A stretch of DNA of 63,675 bases, the filler included, from Bigelowiella natans CCMP2755 (lineage: Eukaryota; Protista; Cercozoa): NCBI GenBank assembly GCA_000320545.1. It is 6 parts of 6 records of this genome, joined end to end, with 100 filler letters (N's around TTAATTAATTAA, not from the genome) between each part and the next. Parts side by side here need not be neighbours in the genome. Positions count along the whole stretch, not along the records: positions 10,888 to 30,096 come from ADNK01002095.1; 5 more parts are not named here. One strand, given 5' to 3'. The number at the start of each line of letters is the position of its first letter. Within the stretch, counting starts at the first letter, position 1. Positions 14,153-27,060 of the stretch are shown here, piece after piece. Made by a program: the position numbers and the translations under genes. The notes under the pieces are model-generated. The model did no database searches. It worked only from the letters and a program-made list of their open reading frames with translations, and was not told the origin of the DNA.

Positions 14153-17100
14153 CGAAGTAGTGATAGTAGAGGAAGCTGTTGTAGACGATAATACGGGGGG
14201 GGGAGAGGGATGCGGAGAAGGATGACGACCGTTGTGGGAACCAGATTTATTCGTTATCTTTTGTTCCATTCCACTCTCCCTCTCCTCTTTATTTCGCACC
14301 TCCGCTGTTCCTGTATTATCATTTGTAGTAGTAGTAGTAGAGCCGGGTGGTGATTCTACCACCTGCTGCTGCATCGTCGAGTTGTTGTTCGTCGATGACG
14401 TGGTCCTTGTTGCTGTTGTTGATGATGATGGAACCAATTGTGCCTTCTCCTCCTCCCCCTCCTCCTCCTCCTCCTGCTGCTGCTGCTGATGCTGATGCTT
14501 TACTCCTTTAAGTGTAGAAGAACCCGCCACTTGTTGCCGCCGCTGCTGCTGTTGGTAAGAACGTATTATTCTTGATGAAGAGAAAGATGTGATTGTAGAT
14601 GACGACGAGGAAGACAAGGCTCTCATCCGCCGGCTAGATCTTCGACTGCTGCTGCTGCTGTGCGTAGTAAATAGTCCAAGCACTGCTGCTCTGCCTCTTG
14701 CTTCTTGCTCCTCCGCAACTTGAATTTCTGCCCAACGATGATCCAAATGCTTTAATACGTAGTGGCTGGGGAGTGCTAACCGATAATGAAGATTTGCTGA
14801 CCATCTTCGATGATCTTCATTATCACCATTGTTACCAACCCCCCCCCTCATCATCATACCGATTCGCTGTTGCTGCTGTTGCTGATGATATGTATATGAT
14901 GATGAATATGATAGAGGAAAAGCAACATTACTACTGCCTAACCCTATCATTCTCCCTCCTCCCCCTCCTCGTCGCGAAGTAGACGACGCCAACAACGATT
15001 TTGGTTTGGATCCTCTGACCCCTACTACATTGGCATTACTACGTTTACCACTACTACTGGTCAGACTCCCGTTTAGTTTTTGTAATGACGATGATGATGA
15101 AGAAGACGATGTAACTAGTCGTCTTCTCCCCCCAGTAGTGATTATACCACCATCTCTATTATTTGTCGGTGGTGATATTGATAGCCCGGCTGCTGCAGTG
15201 CTGCTGCTGTTACTACTACCACTAGTAATGTTGTGTTTCGTAAGAGCACCACTACTACCATTTATACTACTACTACTACTTACCCCCCCCCCACCGCTCA
15301 TGATTCCACGAGAAGACGACGACGGTGGTGGTGGTGGTCCAACAATGCGGTCATTTGATACTGGTGCTACAGAATACCCACTATTACTACTACTGCCTCC
15401 TCCTCCTACTCCTCCTATTCCACCAGAGACAGTTCTCTTTAGAAGTCCTCCCCTTCTTCGTTGCAGCATGCGTTTTCGTTGTCTCAAATCATTTCCTGCT
15501 ATCGTGGTGTGCACTATAGCAAATGTACTACCAGGTTTTAGCATCACATCAAAAGAAGAAAGAGAAGATGAAGGATATACAGCACGGAACGAGTCAAATC
15601 CCTCTTGCATATCCTCAAATTCATTTGGATCTACTTGGTTTGCATTATTCTCCTCCTCCTCCCCCTCCTCTATTTGCTTGTTGACATTCTCGTTTTTACT
15701 ATTATTTTCATTATTATTATGATTATCGGAAGGAACCGCAGAAGTATTACAAATTGGTTCCTCCTCCTCCTGATTTGGTGGAAGCTCAATTCTGAGTTTT
15801 TTTGGATTTGACCGTTTTCTTTGATAACTATTGCCGTTGTCACCATCATCTTTGTCCTTCTTTTCCTTTTTTCTATTATTATTATTACCATTATCCTCCT
15901 TCAGAAGCAGTAACTTTCTCATTCTCCGACTTCCAACATCCTCTTCCTCATAAACTGTAGAGGGCAATTTCAACGCGGTTGGGGGAGGGGCATTTGGATC
16001 CAATTCCTTCTCATAGCTGTGGATTGGTTTCTTCCACCACTCAAATTCCAAGAAGCTCCTTTGCCCTATTTGCTCGTAAGTCCCAGGCTTATCGTTATGG
16101 AAGTAGTAATCTGAGTTCAGTTCCCACAAATGTACCGCCGCATCAAGTTTTTGTAACTCTTTTTGCCAGTGAGCACGTTCTTGTTGCATTTCCCACGTTT
16201 CTTCCACAGATGATGATGTTGATCCCCCAATGGAGGATAAATTGGAAGATGCCTTACTTTTCTTCGATGAAGACGGGTTGAAAGCACCGCGAAACCATTG
16301 ACCAAGTCTCGAGAAAGCACCTGCCCCTCTCCTCCTCCTCCCTGAAGTAGCACCACCACCACCACCAACTCTTTTTTTATCTGATGGTAATGAAGAAGAC
16401 GACTTGACGTCCGCTCCTCTCTTCCCGCCGCTTGTTGTTGTTCTTCTAGTAGTAGACTTTGTCGTAATACTGCGACCTTTGTTTCTTCCATTCTCGATGG
16501 CAGCAGCAGCAGCAGTAGCAGATGATGATGATGATGATGATGATACTACTCCAGATACAGCAGTTGTTGCTGCCTTCCCAACTATAGTAATGTCCCTCGA
16601 TTTGTTGTTCTTACTACCACTACCTTTTCCAATTCCTACATCTTCTCGGCGGCTGTCGTCTAAAAACCGCTGTTTCGCTTTTCTTGTTTGAGCAGCAATG
16701 GATTCCTCGTCACTATCTTCCTCGCTACTATAGTGTTGTTGATCATCGTTTCTTTTTCTCTGCTGCTGTTTCAATGATGATCCGTTATCATCCTTCTTAT
16801 CACGCGTAAAGCTCAGATTATGCGCCACCGCGCCAAAAACTCGGAGTCGTCCTCTTCCTCCTTCCTTTTTTCTATTGCTACCGTCCCCAGCAGCAGCCTT
16901 TTTTCCATCCTCCATTTGACCACCACCACCACCACCACTAACCCTTCTTCTTCCTCCATCTTGTTCGTATCGTAGTACTGCATTATTCCTAAGGAAACGA
17001 ATTACTACGGTGAGCTTCCCATCTTTCTTCGCCTCGATGAGTGCTTCTTGATACTCATCAAGTGTTTTTACCACTTTGCCACTGATAGCATCTATTACCC

Positions 17101-20100
17101 ATCCTTTCTCGACTCCCACTTCAGAACCTTGGCCTATTTCTTCTACTGATGCAACTTGGAGGGGTGATGGACGGGGGGATACGAAGGGGTTGTTGCTGCT
17201 GCTGCTGTCGTTATTATCATCATCATCATCATCATCAACACCATCCTTAGTAGTAGTAGTAGTAGTAGTAGGCTCATCATCTTGTGCTGCACCATCGTCA
17301 TCAGTGCTTTTGTCGCTGTTCTTCTCATTATCCAGGCTCTGTCCCCCCCCTAACCCCCCTTGTTTTTCTACTTGTTCTACTAGTAACTGGCCTTGCAATT
17401 TGAAACCAAATGGCGCATCGGTAATGAAGCGCTTCGTAGTTGAAGCTAGGAAGATGGCGTTCGTGCTGTTGTTCTTGTTGTTGTTGCTTGTTGTCGTTTT
17501 CTTCTTGTCGATAATTTTCCTAATCTCTTTGCCTCTCTCTCTATCACCGACTTCAGGACTGATCGATGTTCCTGCTGGAGGCGGAGGAGGGGGGGCATCT
17601 TGGGGTGACCTCGGGTCTTGATGATAGTCGTCTTCTTCTTCCCTATCTCCTTCTTCCTTTTCTGATGATGATGGGTTGCTGCTGCTACCTATTTTATTTG
17701 AAGTCTTCTTTGTTGTTGTTGTTGTTGTTGTCGTAGTCGTAGTGGTACTACTACTAGTTTTTGTCGTCGCTGCTTGTTCCTCGTGTTTTTCTTGGGAAGA
17801 TGACGACGACGACGACGACCATAGAGGGTTGAAATTGAGAGGAGTTGGCTGGTACAATCCTAAGAGGAGGTTAAGTGCATCCTGCTTAATATTATCTTGG
17901 CAAGTGTTTTGGTAGTGCCTCATAAAAGCGATCATCATTTCCTTCGTTTTTGGTCTCGCCCTGTGGTGATACAAGACTGGCGACATCGTAGCAGAAGCAG
18001 TCTTGTCGTTTGCCATTTGACGATGCATCTCAGAGCCTCCGTACTGCATAGCAATACGATCTCCCATTCTTTCGTACATATCGAGTAACACTGGAATGAC
18101 CCTAGCGTCTCTCTCCAAACGGGGGTGTAAGGCCATGCCTAAACCATACAGTTGATAGCCCAAAGCACACTTCCCAACACAAAACTGAGCCACGTTTGTC
18201 CTATCAAGAGAGTCGATGCAATTCACACGTAGGACACCTCTTTGTCGGACACAAACATTAGGCTCTATTTTTGCTTTTGATCTTTTTTTTCGAGTAGCGG
18301 CATTGTGCTGATGTTCATTTCTATGGTTATTCATTTTTTGGGAAGACGAATGCTGTTGCTTCTGCTTAGTAGTTTTATGGTTATTATTATCATCATATTG
18401 CAGCGATTGATCTTCACGGGGAGATGGAGAAGGAGGGATAACATCGCCAACCTGCGAGAACTTTAATCTAGGTGTTTTCGCCTCGGTCCCAAAGAGATGT
18501 AACCCCTTTGCTGCTGATGATGACGAACCCCCCGTTCCCCCCCCCCTTCTTTTATTTGCTACCCGAAGTTGTTCTCTTTGCAGGCGCTGAAAATCTGCTG
18601 CCGATGCAAAGGTGTTAGCTCTCCGAGTATTTCTTTTGCCATTGCTTGTACTTCCATCTCCAGCAGCAGCAGCAGCAGCACCACCAACATACTCATTGTT
18701 TTCATCATCGACGATATCATCATCATAAATGACTGGAAAAGCATTGGTATCGTAGCTCCAAAGCCATCCAAATTCCTTTGGACTTGTGGAAAGTCCTGGT
18801 TGTAAACAAGGTGCTAGATCGTAACGAGATAGTAGTAATGCTGCTGATGATGCTGATGATGATGGTGTAACAAATCGTCTGACACCACGAGCTCCGGCTG
18901 CTGCTTTCTTTGCTAGTTTTCTTCGTCTTGCTGTTGCTGCTGCTGCCACGTACCCGTCTACACCATTATTCTTAATACCTGACCCCCGAAACCCTCTCGA
19001 TTCTTTTCCACCCAATGATGATGATGATAATGATGACAGTGTACGATGATCATCATCGTCATTATCAGCACCGTCTCCTTTTTTGCTGGCAAGATGATCT
19101 GGATTAGTAGTAATAAGACCCGAATAGCTACGTCGCTTGAACATCCCTTCTTCTTGTTCTTCTTCCTCGTTGATGGCCACATTGTTGTTACTGATGTTGC
19201 TGCCATCAGTATTGCTTCGAAAATTTGATGATGATGTTGTTGGCACCAACGCCTCCCCTAGCCAGCCCAGTAAGCGAGACACACCTTTTTGCTGTTGTGC
19301 GGCAGCAGCAGCAGGGGTTGGAGTCTTTAGCATCCGATGATGATGATGATGATGATCATGATGCTGATTTTGGTGGATCGAGGGAGACGAGTGATGATAA
19401 TGGGAAGTAGAAGAAGGGGGAAGAGGAGTAGGGTTAGGCGTAGGTGGTTTTGGGTAGTAGTTGCTATTTTGGTGTGGGTTAGGCGTAGGTGGTTTTGGGT
19501 AGTAGTTGTTATTTTGGTGTGGGGGGTTAATGCTGCTACCACCGATAACGTTACTACTTTTACTACCACTACTGCCACCCCCATCCCTACTTGTGAAAAG
19601 GGAAGGTTGGTTGTCGTAGTAGCCACCACCACCACCACCGCCACCTCTGGCGCTCCTAGTATTATTGTTATAATAATTGCTGTTGCTGCGATTGTTGCCA
19701 CCGCCAATAAAAACGTCGCCTTTTCTTTCTCTCTTGAAATCTCCTCCTCCACTACTTCTGCGTCGTGTTCGTCGGCCTCCTTCTTCTTTTTCCTCAGAGC
19801 CAGGATAGAGTAATCTCGTAGGACCTTCTCCATCTCCGCTCACATTGCTGTTAGTAGTGCTACTGGTGCTGCTGCGACCGCCCCTTCTCTTATTATAGTC
19901 TTGTTGATCATAGGAATAGTGCGCAGACGAAGTTGATTCTTTACCGTTGATAAGATGTAACTTATCGTTTTTCGAAACAACGGAGAGGCTCACGGTGTCT
20001 TCCGGGTGTCTCTCGATAGCGCCTGGTAAAGGATGGGAACAGAATACGCCATTTCGCTGTATTGCCCACTAACAAAAGAATGACATGACAACGAACGACG

Positions 20101-22340
20101 GTTATTGATCTGATTATGAACAAGCGAAGAGAATGCAGATGGTAATGACCTTCGTTTCTTTCTGTATCAAGATTGACGACAGACTACGACAAATAATACA
20201 ACATCTCATCTTTCTCTTCCTAGTACTACCTGTGCGATAATGGCGAGTTCGTCCATTACGTTAGATTGAAGAGAGTTTGCTGTTCTCTTGTAGTCCCACG
20301 CCAAATAGGCAATCTTATGTTCATCAGGTAAGAAACGATTGAGGAGCTCAACAGTGGTGCCAAAACGACGGCCAATGATTGATTCCCTGGGTCTCTTTTC
20401 GTGCTGACGAACGAGATTTACAGCAATCACAGGAGACCCATATCTCCTGAATAGATCAGCAAAATGTCTCCCAGTAGTCAGCCCCAAGGGATCCTGTTTC
20501 TGCAGAACAATTTCTGGTTTTGCGACCATCTTTCGTCCTTGCTGCGTCCAGAAGAGGGGAATGGAGGCTCTGTTCTGTACATAAGATGAATATCTTCCTG
20601 TACCAATTTGGTCCACGGAAACCCTATCGAAACCATTCACGATTTGTTCGACCTCAACATCATTGGCCACCTCTCCGCGATTTGAGACACCGCGCTTGAG
20701 GTACCTTGTCCCAGCAAAGAGCCTAGACCTCCTCGCAATAAGAGTAAGTGCTATTTGCCTTCCGAAGACACTGCAGCATGTTTGTTCAAAATAGCCATGG
20801 ATGAGGTTTAGATGCCATCCAGGGTCTTTCACACGCTCTCGCAGTGCTTGCTGCAGGAAGGAGTTCCATATGTAACGACTACGTGGTGATCGTTGCTTGC
20901 CGGCGTTAGGTTCTGGTGAATGAAGTCCCTTCCTCCCATCTGCCCCCGTCGTGACTATCTTGGGTGCTCCATCTACAGCAGGTACGCCAACGGGCTTATC
21001 CGCATTAACCATGTTATATTGCATCGTACGGGTTAGATCATATGTGTATGAGTAGTAGAAGTCTTGCTTCAGTTGGATCAAACAGAATAGTCTTGTGTAT
21101 CTCGCTTCGATGGAGCGAGATTGCTTATTGTGGACCGAATTTGGAGCTCGTTCATACACACATGGATTAGTAAGAGGGACGATCGCCGTGTCTTGTACTG
21201 ACCATATGATATGGCTACCGAATGTCCCTGCTTGCCTCCTTGCCGTGATGAGAATCAGATAATGGCCATACAAGAAACGCACAAACCCGATAATCCCAAA
21301 AGCTGTTGCAATCTTCATTAAACCACCAGTGGATGCGTTACCTTCCTTGACCATCATCATCATCTGGTTGATCTCTGCACGAGTGTAGGAGGTTGGATCC
21401 TCTCTAATCTCAAGTTCAGGCGTCATACGATCGACTACAAGTAACTTGCATTCGTTACCTGTGCGGTCAATGCCAACTATGTAAAAACGAAGCGATGTAC
21501 GATATACCTAATATATTAAATATTACAAGCAAGGAACAAATTCAAATAATCGACCACCTTTCACCGGAACGACTTTTCCCTCCCAAAATATACGTAATGT
21601 CAAGCACACACCACGACGAATTGCACAGAAGATGACTAATATCACCTCAAACTGCTGGTACTTTCTAAGTAGCGGAGGCAATTTTACGGCAGTATGTCGT
21701 TGTTGCCTTGTTCTAGCCCCCCCCCCTTTTGCTTCTACTTTTGCATCCTCGCTGCTCCCCCCTGCCCCTTGTTCGGCATCTGTTGGGCTCCTGCCCACTC
21801 TCTTTGGATTATATTTTTCCGAGGGTTGAGTCGTGCGTGGAAGATGAAGCTTATACCTGATGGCCAGTAGGAGAAAAAAATTAATAATTTGAAAATTAGC
21901 ACAAATATATTACGAGTGCATCCCTAAATGTCCTTCAGCATAGTATGCTTATATGTGAGTTTACATGGTATTTTTTGCTACCGGTGTAGTTATTATGTTT
22001 GTATACTACGTTGCGAAATCAGTGCCTTCGAATACAACGGTGGCATCTCCAGATATTCGCCGTAGAATTCCGGACCGAACTAGTTTTTTCCCTGATGTCA
22101 TCAGTGAAATATGAAATAAATGTGGAACATCAGGGTAATGTGAATAGTAGGATTTTCTTTGCATGCTAGAGCTTGCTCATGTATGTGCTACTAAGAAGAT
22201 TGGATGGGATATCATTATGCCCTCTACGGTGCAACAAAGTAACCTAGAGTAATGGCTTCTTTGTGATCTTTGGCAAAGCTACTCTCCAGAAAAAATTTGA
22301 CTGCCCGAGAACCGCGGAAGCATCCACCTGTATCCTCGGG
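12109..22340 (-). CDS. FIG4: FIG4/SAC3-type phosphoinositide phosphatase, greatly expanded, with N-terminal DEP and internal PDZ-like domains; multi-exon, true start further 5' uncertain
   Basis: SAC domain motifs FYYSYTYDLT, RRSRLFAGTRYLKRG, VANDVEVEQIV, SSYVQNRASIPLFW, catalytic CX5RT (RVNCIDSLDRTN), GDRIAMQYGGS, KQDALNLLLG and the FIG4-type HLWELNSDYYFHN. The last two exons (~13065-12897, 12595-12109) splice in frame; their link to the giant exon is inferred. Confidence 0.9.
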
Positions 22341-22817
22341 GATTCTGATTAAATGTCCCAACGAGTGATTCGAGTCATGCTTCGACCCAAGTAAGATGAT
22401 TAAGTTGTGCAATGGAGTTCCGTATTTTTTCTTCCTTTTTGCTGTTTATAAAATCTAGTGACTAAAAACTGACCGTTCGCTCTGAAGATGGGTCAGAAGT
22501 TCATTGGCAACAACAGAAAGGTTCGGGAAATCCATTCCGAATGAATGAATCCACCTTGTGGAACCAACAGAGGGGGGGTGGATTCTGACTCCCTCCGATA
22601 TATTAATCAGAGGAAAAGATTGTAAAAATAATAAAGCGGCCCCAAGATTGCTTTGACCATTTATTCGGAGAAACAACATGTGATTTTCAAAGTGGATGTT
22701 GTCTCAAGTTAGAAATTCCATGAAATTTGACGAACAATTTCCATGGATTTTTTACTAGGATTTCAGGATTTCTCTTTTAAGACTAACAAAATTTTGCTAA
22801 CAAAGTTTTAGAATTTA

Positions 22818-23078
22818 CTAGATCTAGATCTAGATCTACTCGAAAACTTTCGTAGATCTAGGTCTAGATCTAGATCTAGAAACAAAAGAAAACATGCGAC
22901 ACACAATGAATGAATAGTCTAATAGCATATTATCATAACTACCTACTCTTTCCTACTACTACTGATCGACTAGACTAGGAACATACCAACTCCTACTAAT
23001 CGACTACTGTTATTAACTACTCTTTCCTATTACTACTGATCGACTAGACTAGGAACATACCAACTACTACTGATCAAC
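22818..23078. repeat. (CTAGAT)n palindromic hairpin followed by a 74-bp-period tandem duplication
   Basis: ctagatctagatctagatcta-ctcgaaaactttcg-tagatctaggtctagatctagatctag at 22818-22879; ctactctttccta.tactactgatcgactagactaggaacataccaact at 22943 and 23017. Confidence 0.85.
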
Positions 23079-25271
23079 GATCATGGGGAATCTCATCCAC
23101 ATCATTGGCTCAAGACCACCTAAGTTAAGGCACCCCCAAGAAAAAAAAAAGGTACTTGGACAGAGTAGTCAGAAGATGAATGTGCATTTTTGGTGGGAAG
23201 GTGTGGGGGGGAAGGAGCATTGAGCTCTTAGTTACTCAAGCAAAATGCAATGATGAACAGTTATTTGATGAGCTCGATAAGGATGGCACAGGTGACGATA
23301 ATCATTACTTTGAGCATAGCCAATAGACCTGAAGCACTTTTTGGGATATCCCTTTTGGGGTGTGGTTAGGCTTTATTGGAGTTCCGAAAATTCGCGACTT
23401 TGTTATCCGTGAACTAGGTTTGTTCGTCTACGAAGAAGGCGTTTAACGCGCGTGCATGCATCAATGTGTATACAAGATGGCCGAACATATGATAATTATA
23501 TAGATTATATGAATGGGTGCTGTACTCTCATGTTTATCGTTATCAGCGGTCGTATTGTTTCGTGACGACGACCTTACCCGATTTTTAAACACTGAATGGT
23601 ATTTAAGTAACCTGATATACTCTTGCATTCTCGCACCTCCCTTCCCCCAAAAGTTTTGTGACTTTTGTTCATCCCTTCCCTTCTTATGTAATCTCTCATA
23701 ACTGACTTTCCAGAACATAAATTGCTGCTGCTATGATCTCATCTAGGGGTAACCGACGAACAGGCCGGCTTCATAGTGCATCAAGCCGGTATTATTGTAA
23801 GTATTTACCTATGTGGGAATATAATATCACTCACTTTTAATTCATAATGAGTACGACAGCAGCAGTCCGTAATTCGTAGTAGTACTGCTATCTTTGTGCA
23901 ACTTTCAATTATCACACCCATACTATAGTCACAGTCAACGAAAATTGCTGCGCTCTGTTCTCTCGACCATCTCCCCACAATCTTCATCTACTCCCTGTGT
24001 TCTCGTCCCCACTCCATTTCATAGCCAAAATTACTCTTTGTGTACTGATTTCGTTATTGTTTTTTGTTGCTGTGGTGTTCATTAGACTCCAACACTGATC
24101 ACAAGGTACCATTTCTTTTGCTTAAAATGTGTGGATGATGCCGTCATCCTGCATAAGAACAATATAGTTTGTACAGCGTGTAAGGGAAACGCAACGTCCC
24201 ATTTCCCTCCCCGTCATCCTGCATAAGAACAATATAGTTCCCACACATCAACTCCCTCTTCCACAGATGAACTACGAAGAATTCAATGAGCTCTTGGCTA
24301 GATTTGAACAGGCGAATTCCCTTGTTAACGAAGAGGCTGTACTGCGCACATATATGCACGGCACCACTCAAACACACACACACACACACACACACATGCA
24401 CACATGCACACATATGGTATAGGCAGATTGGTGATAGCAGATTCGAAACATAGACAACGACGCTGCCTGGAAATATAAGCTATTATTTCCCATCACCTTT
24501 CCTCCTTTGCCGTTGTACTTTGCATTTCCTTATTCTCTCTCATCTTCTTAGCATCAATTACTTGGTAATTTCCTGCTGTGCGGCTGCTGCTGCTGCCTCT
24601 GCACATTGGGTTTGGTAATATAGATGCTGTCATTTTCGAACATAACTTTGAGAAGTGTCTGTTGGGTAGTGAAAGTTGAGTTTCTGCTATAAATTTCCGA
24701 GTAAGATTCCCAGGACCAGTTCTGGGGGAAACACACTCGTTTGCGATGTTTTTCTCCAGCAGTGAATGACTAGCAGCCTGTAGCAGCAGAATTTGTCTTG
24801 TTGTACCTTTTCATCTCCTTTCGAACGCCATTTTCTCCAATTTAATTATCGATCGTACTCTTGCTGTATGCTCATGAAGTTGCTCTGTGTTTGCTGGGGT
24901 TTTCTTCTTCTTTTTCTTCTTCTGTTGTAATAATACTCAAGTCATGGATCCCACTCTGTTGTTATCACCACGATCATCAGTCTAAAGTGAACAAAAAGGT
25001 CACATGCATATGGTACAGCAGCAGCCACGATGAATGCATTCTTCTTGCGACTACTGCAAGCTCATGACCATCGTCTGAACTATGAACGAAATTGGCCGAA
25101 ATATTCGGGTCTTCTCCCTCTTATGATCTCTATGGTCGTTAGGAGTGACCTGCATGATTGTGTGCCACTCGTATCAGTACCGGGCTGGTCCGCAGTGCTG
25201 TTTCGAGCACCTTTGGGCTTCTTTCTCCCATTCCCCCTCAACATTTTCAACATGCAATGTGCATTGTACAA

Positions 25272-25310
<39 letters not shown>

Positions 25311-25729
25311 TTTTGTTGTGTGTGCTGATTTCCCCCCCGTTCCCCCCCGTGTCGTGTTGATGCATCTTGTGCATGTTTGCAACACACAGATTCTGGAATA
25401 CAAGAAAGACTAGGCATGATGACACGAGCAGCTTCGATTCAGAAAAAGATTTTTTTTTCATCTGAATTGTTTGAACACGACATACACATCCACATTGCTT
25501 GTCCTAGATTCACCGCATGAGAATCATTTGCAGTCCATTGCAATTTCATGTTGACAAAGAGCTACGTGTCTATAATCTACGTGCCTGTGATGAATGACTG
25601 CGGCACATCGTGACTACGCGTACGCCTACGCTACACTGCACTGCATGTACGTCGCACGCATCATGCTAGCATGCTCGATGTGTTGTTAAATGACGAACGA
25701 GGAAAATGTTTCCATTCTTGTGTGCCACG

Positions 25730-27060
25730 TGGATGGCTAGAAGTTGAGTGCCTGGAGCGTGTGACACACACAGCTCACTTTTTCCGCCGATTTTCGTGAC
25801 AAAAACATTGCATGTTGAAACAGCAGTTCATCAATGATGATGACATCATTGTGGGTAGGTTGGTGTTGAGCTCCCCTGCTCTCTCACACAGCCCCCCTGC
25901 ATCGTGCGAAAAGCTAGCTGTGCTTCGATCCATATGATCGACGATCGTGATGGACCATTGCTGGAAAATTTTCAATTCATTGGGTGTGCGCAGCACTGTG
26001 CTGGCATGCTGCATCGCAGCGTGTTTGGCTGTGATGCTGCAGATCGACGCAGGCTTGCGGCTTGCGGTGCACATGCTAGCTGCATGCAAGAAACGTCGTG
26101 TGATGCATGTTGGCGCTTGCATGAGATGTGGATGTTCATGGCGGCACACATTGCGCTGTGTTTCCACAATTTGATGCAAACAACGCTGATAAGCTCCGAG
26201 CTAGAATCAAAGTGCAAGCATTGCCTGCTGTGCCACACGCCGCACTCCCTTGTTTTGTTGTTCCTGCATCACATCCCTAGCATCCGTCTCAGGTGGCATG
26301 CACACGTCGTGCATGCTGGCATGATGCATGCATGTGATGTGTGTGATGAAGAGTTGTTGATCAAATCTTTCCAATTCTCACATCGTGATCTAGCCATGCA
26401 AGGCAGCGCGGCTGCATGCATGTGTGCGTAGCTGTGCTAGCATTTCACCATTCTGCCATTGCACATCGCGTGCATCACTTTGTCTCTGTGTCAAACAATT
26501 GTGTGCACTCACGCGTGTTGCACGCATGCGAACAATGAGCATGTCGCATGGACACGTGTATCTCTGCACGTGCTAGCGTGCACCACCGGCCGTTGAGCAC
26601 ACATGAGCTGTGCATCTGTCGATGCAGATTGCAATCACGCGCATGTGCGCTAGCATGCACGTGTGTGGCTAGATGGACATGCATTTCTCTGCAGCGTGTG
26701 TCGCGAAACAGCTCATTGCTTCGCATCATGACTTGATGCGATGCCGCCTAAACAACCTGCTGCACGTTGCGCGCACCGCGACAGACCACTTTGATGGCAT
26801 CGAACGTTTCATCGTACGTTGCGCCGTCACGCCGTTGTTCTCGTCTAGCTAGCTACTAGTAGCTAGCCTAGCAAAAACATTCGCAGAGATATTGATCCAC
26901 TTTGCCCGCACATTGTCACGCTGCAGTGCGGTTCACTAGTGCATGATGGACATGCAACATGATGGACATGTACCACATTGCTGTGTCTATCATGTGCATG
27001 CGCATGAACACATCGCTAGAGCGGCAGACAACAAGTCATGCATTTCGCACCTCGATTCGT
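25730..27060. other. TpA-depleted, CpA/TpG-rich intergenic block; residual TA mostly in CTAG
   Basis: About 29 TA in ~1.33 kb, about 17 of them in CTAG (by-eye count). Confidence 0.85.

Noticed and set aside
7402-22340. Lysosomal gene cluster (cathepsin, HPS3-like, FIG4)
   Set aside because: FIG4 lies on a different contig across an artificial linker and a telomere.
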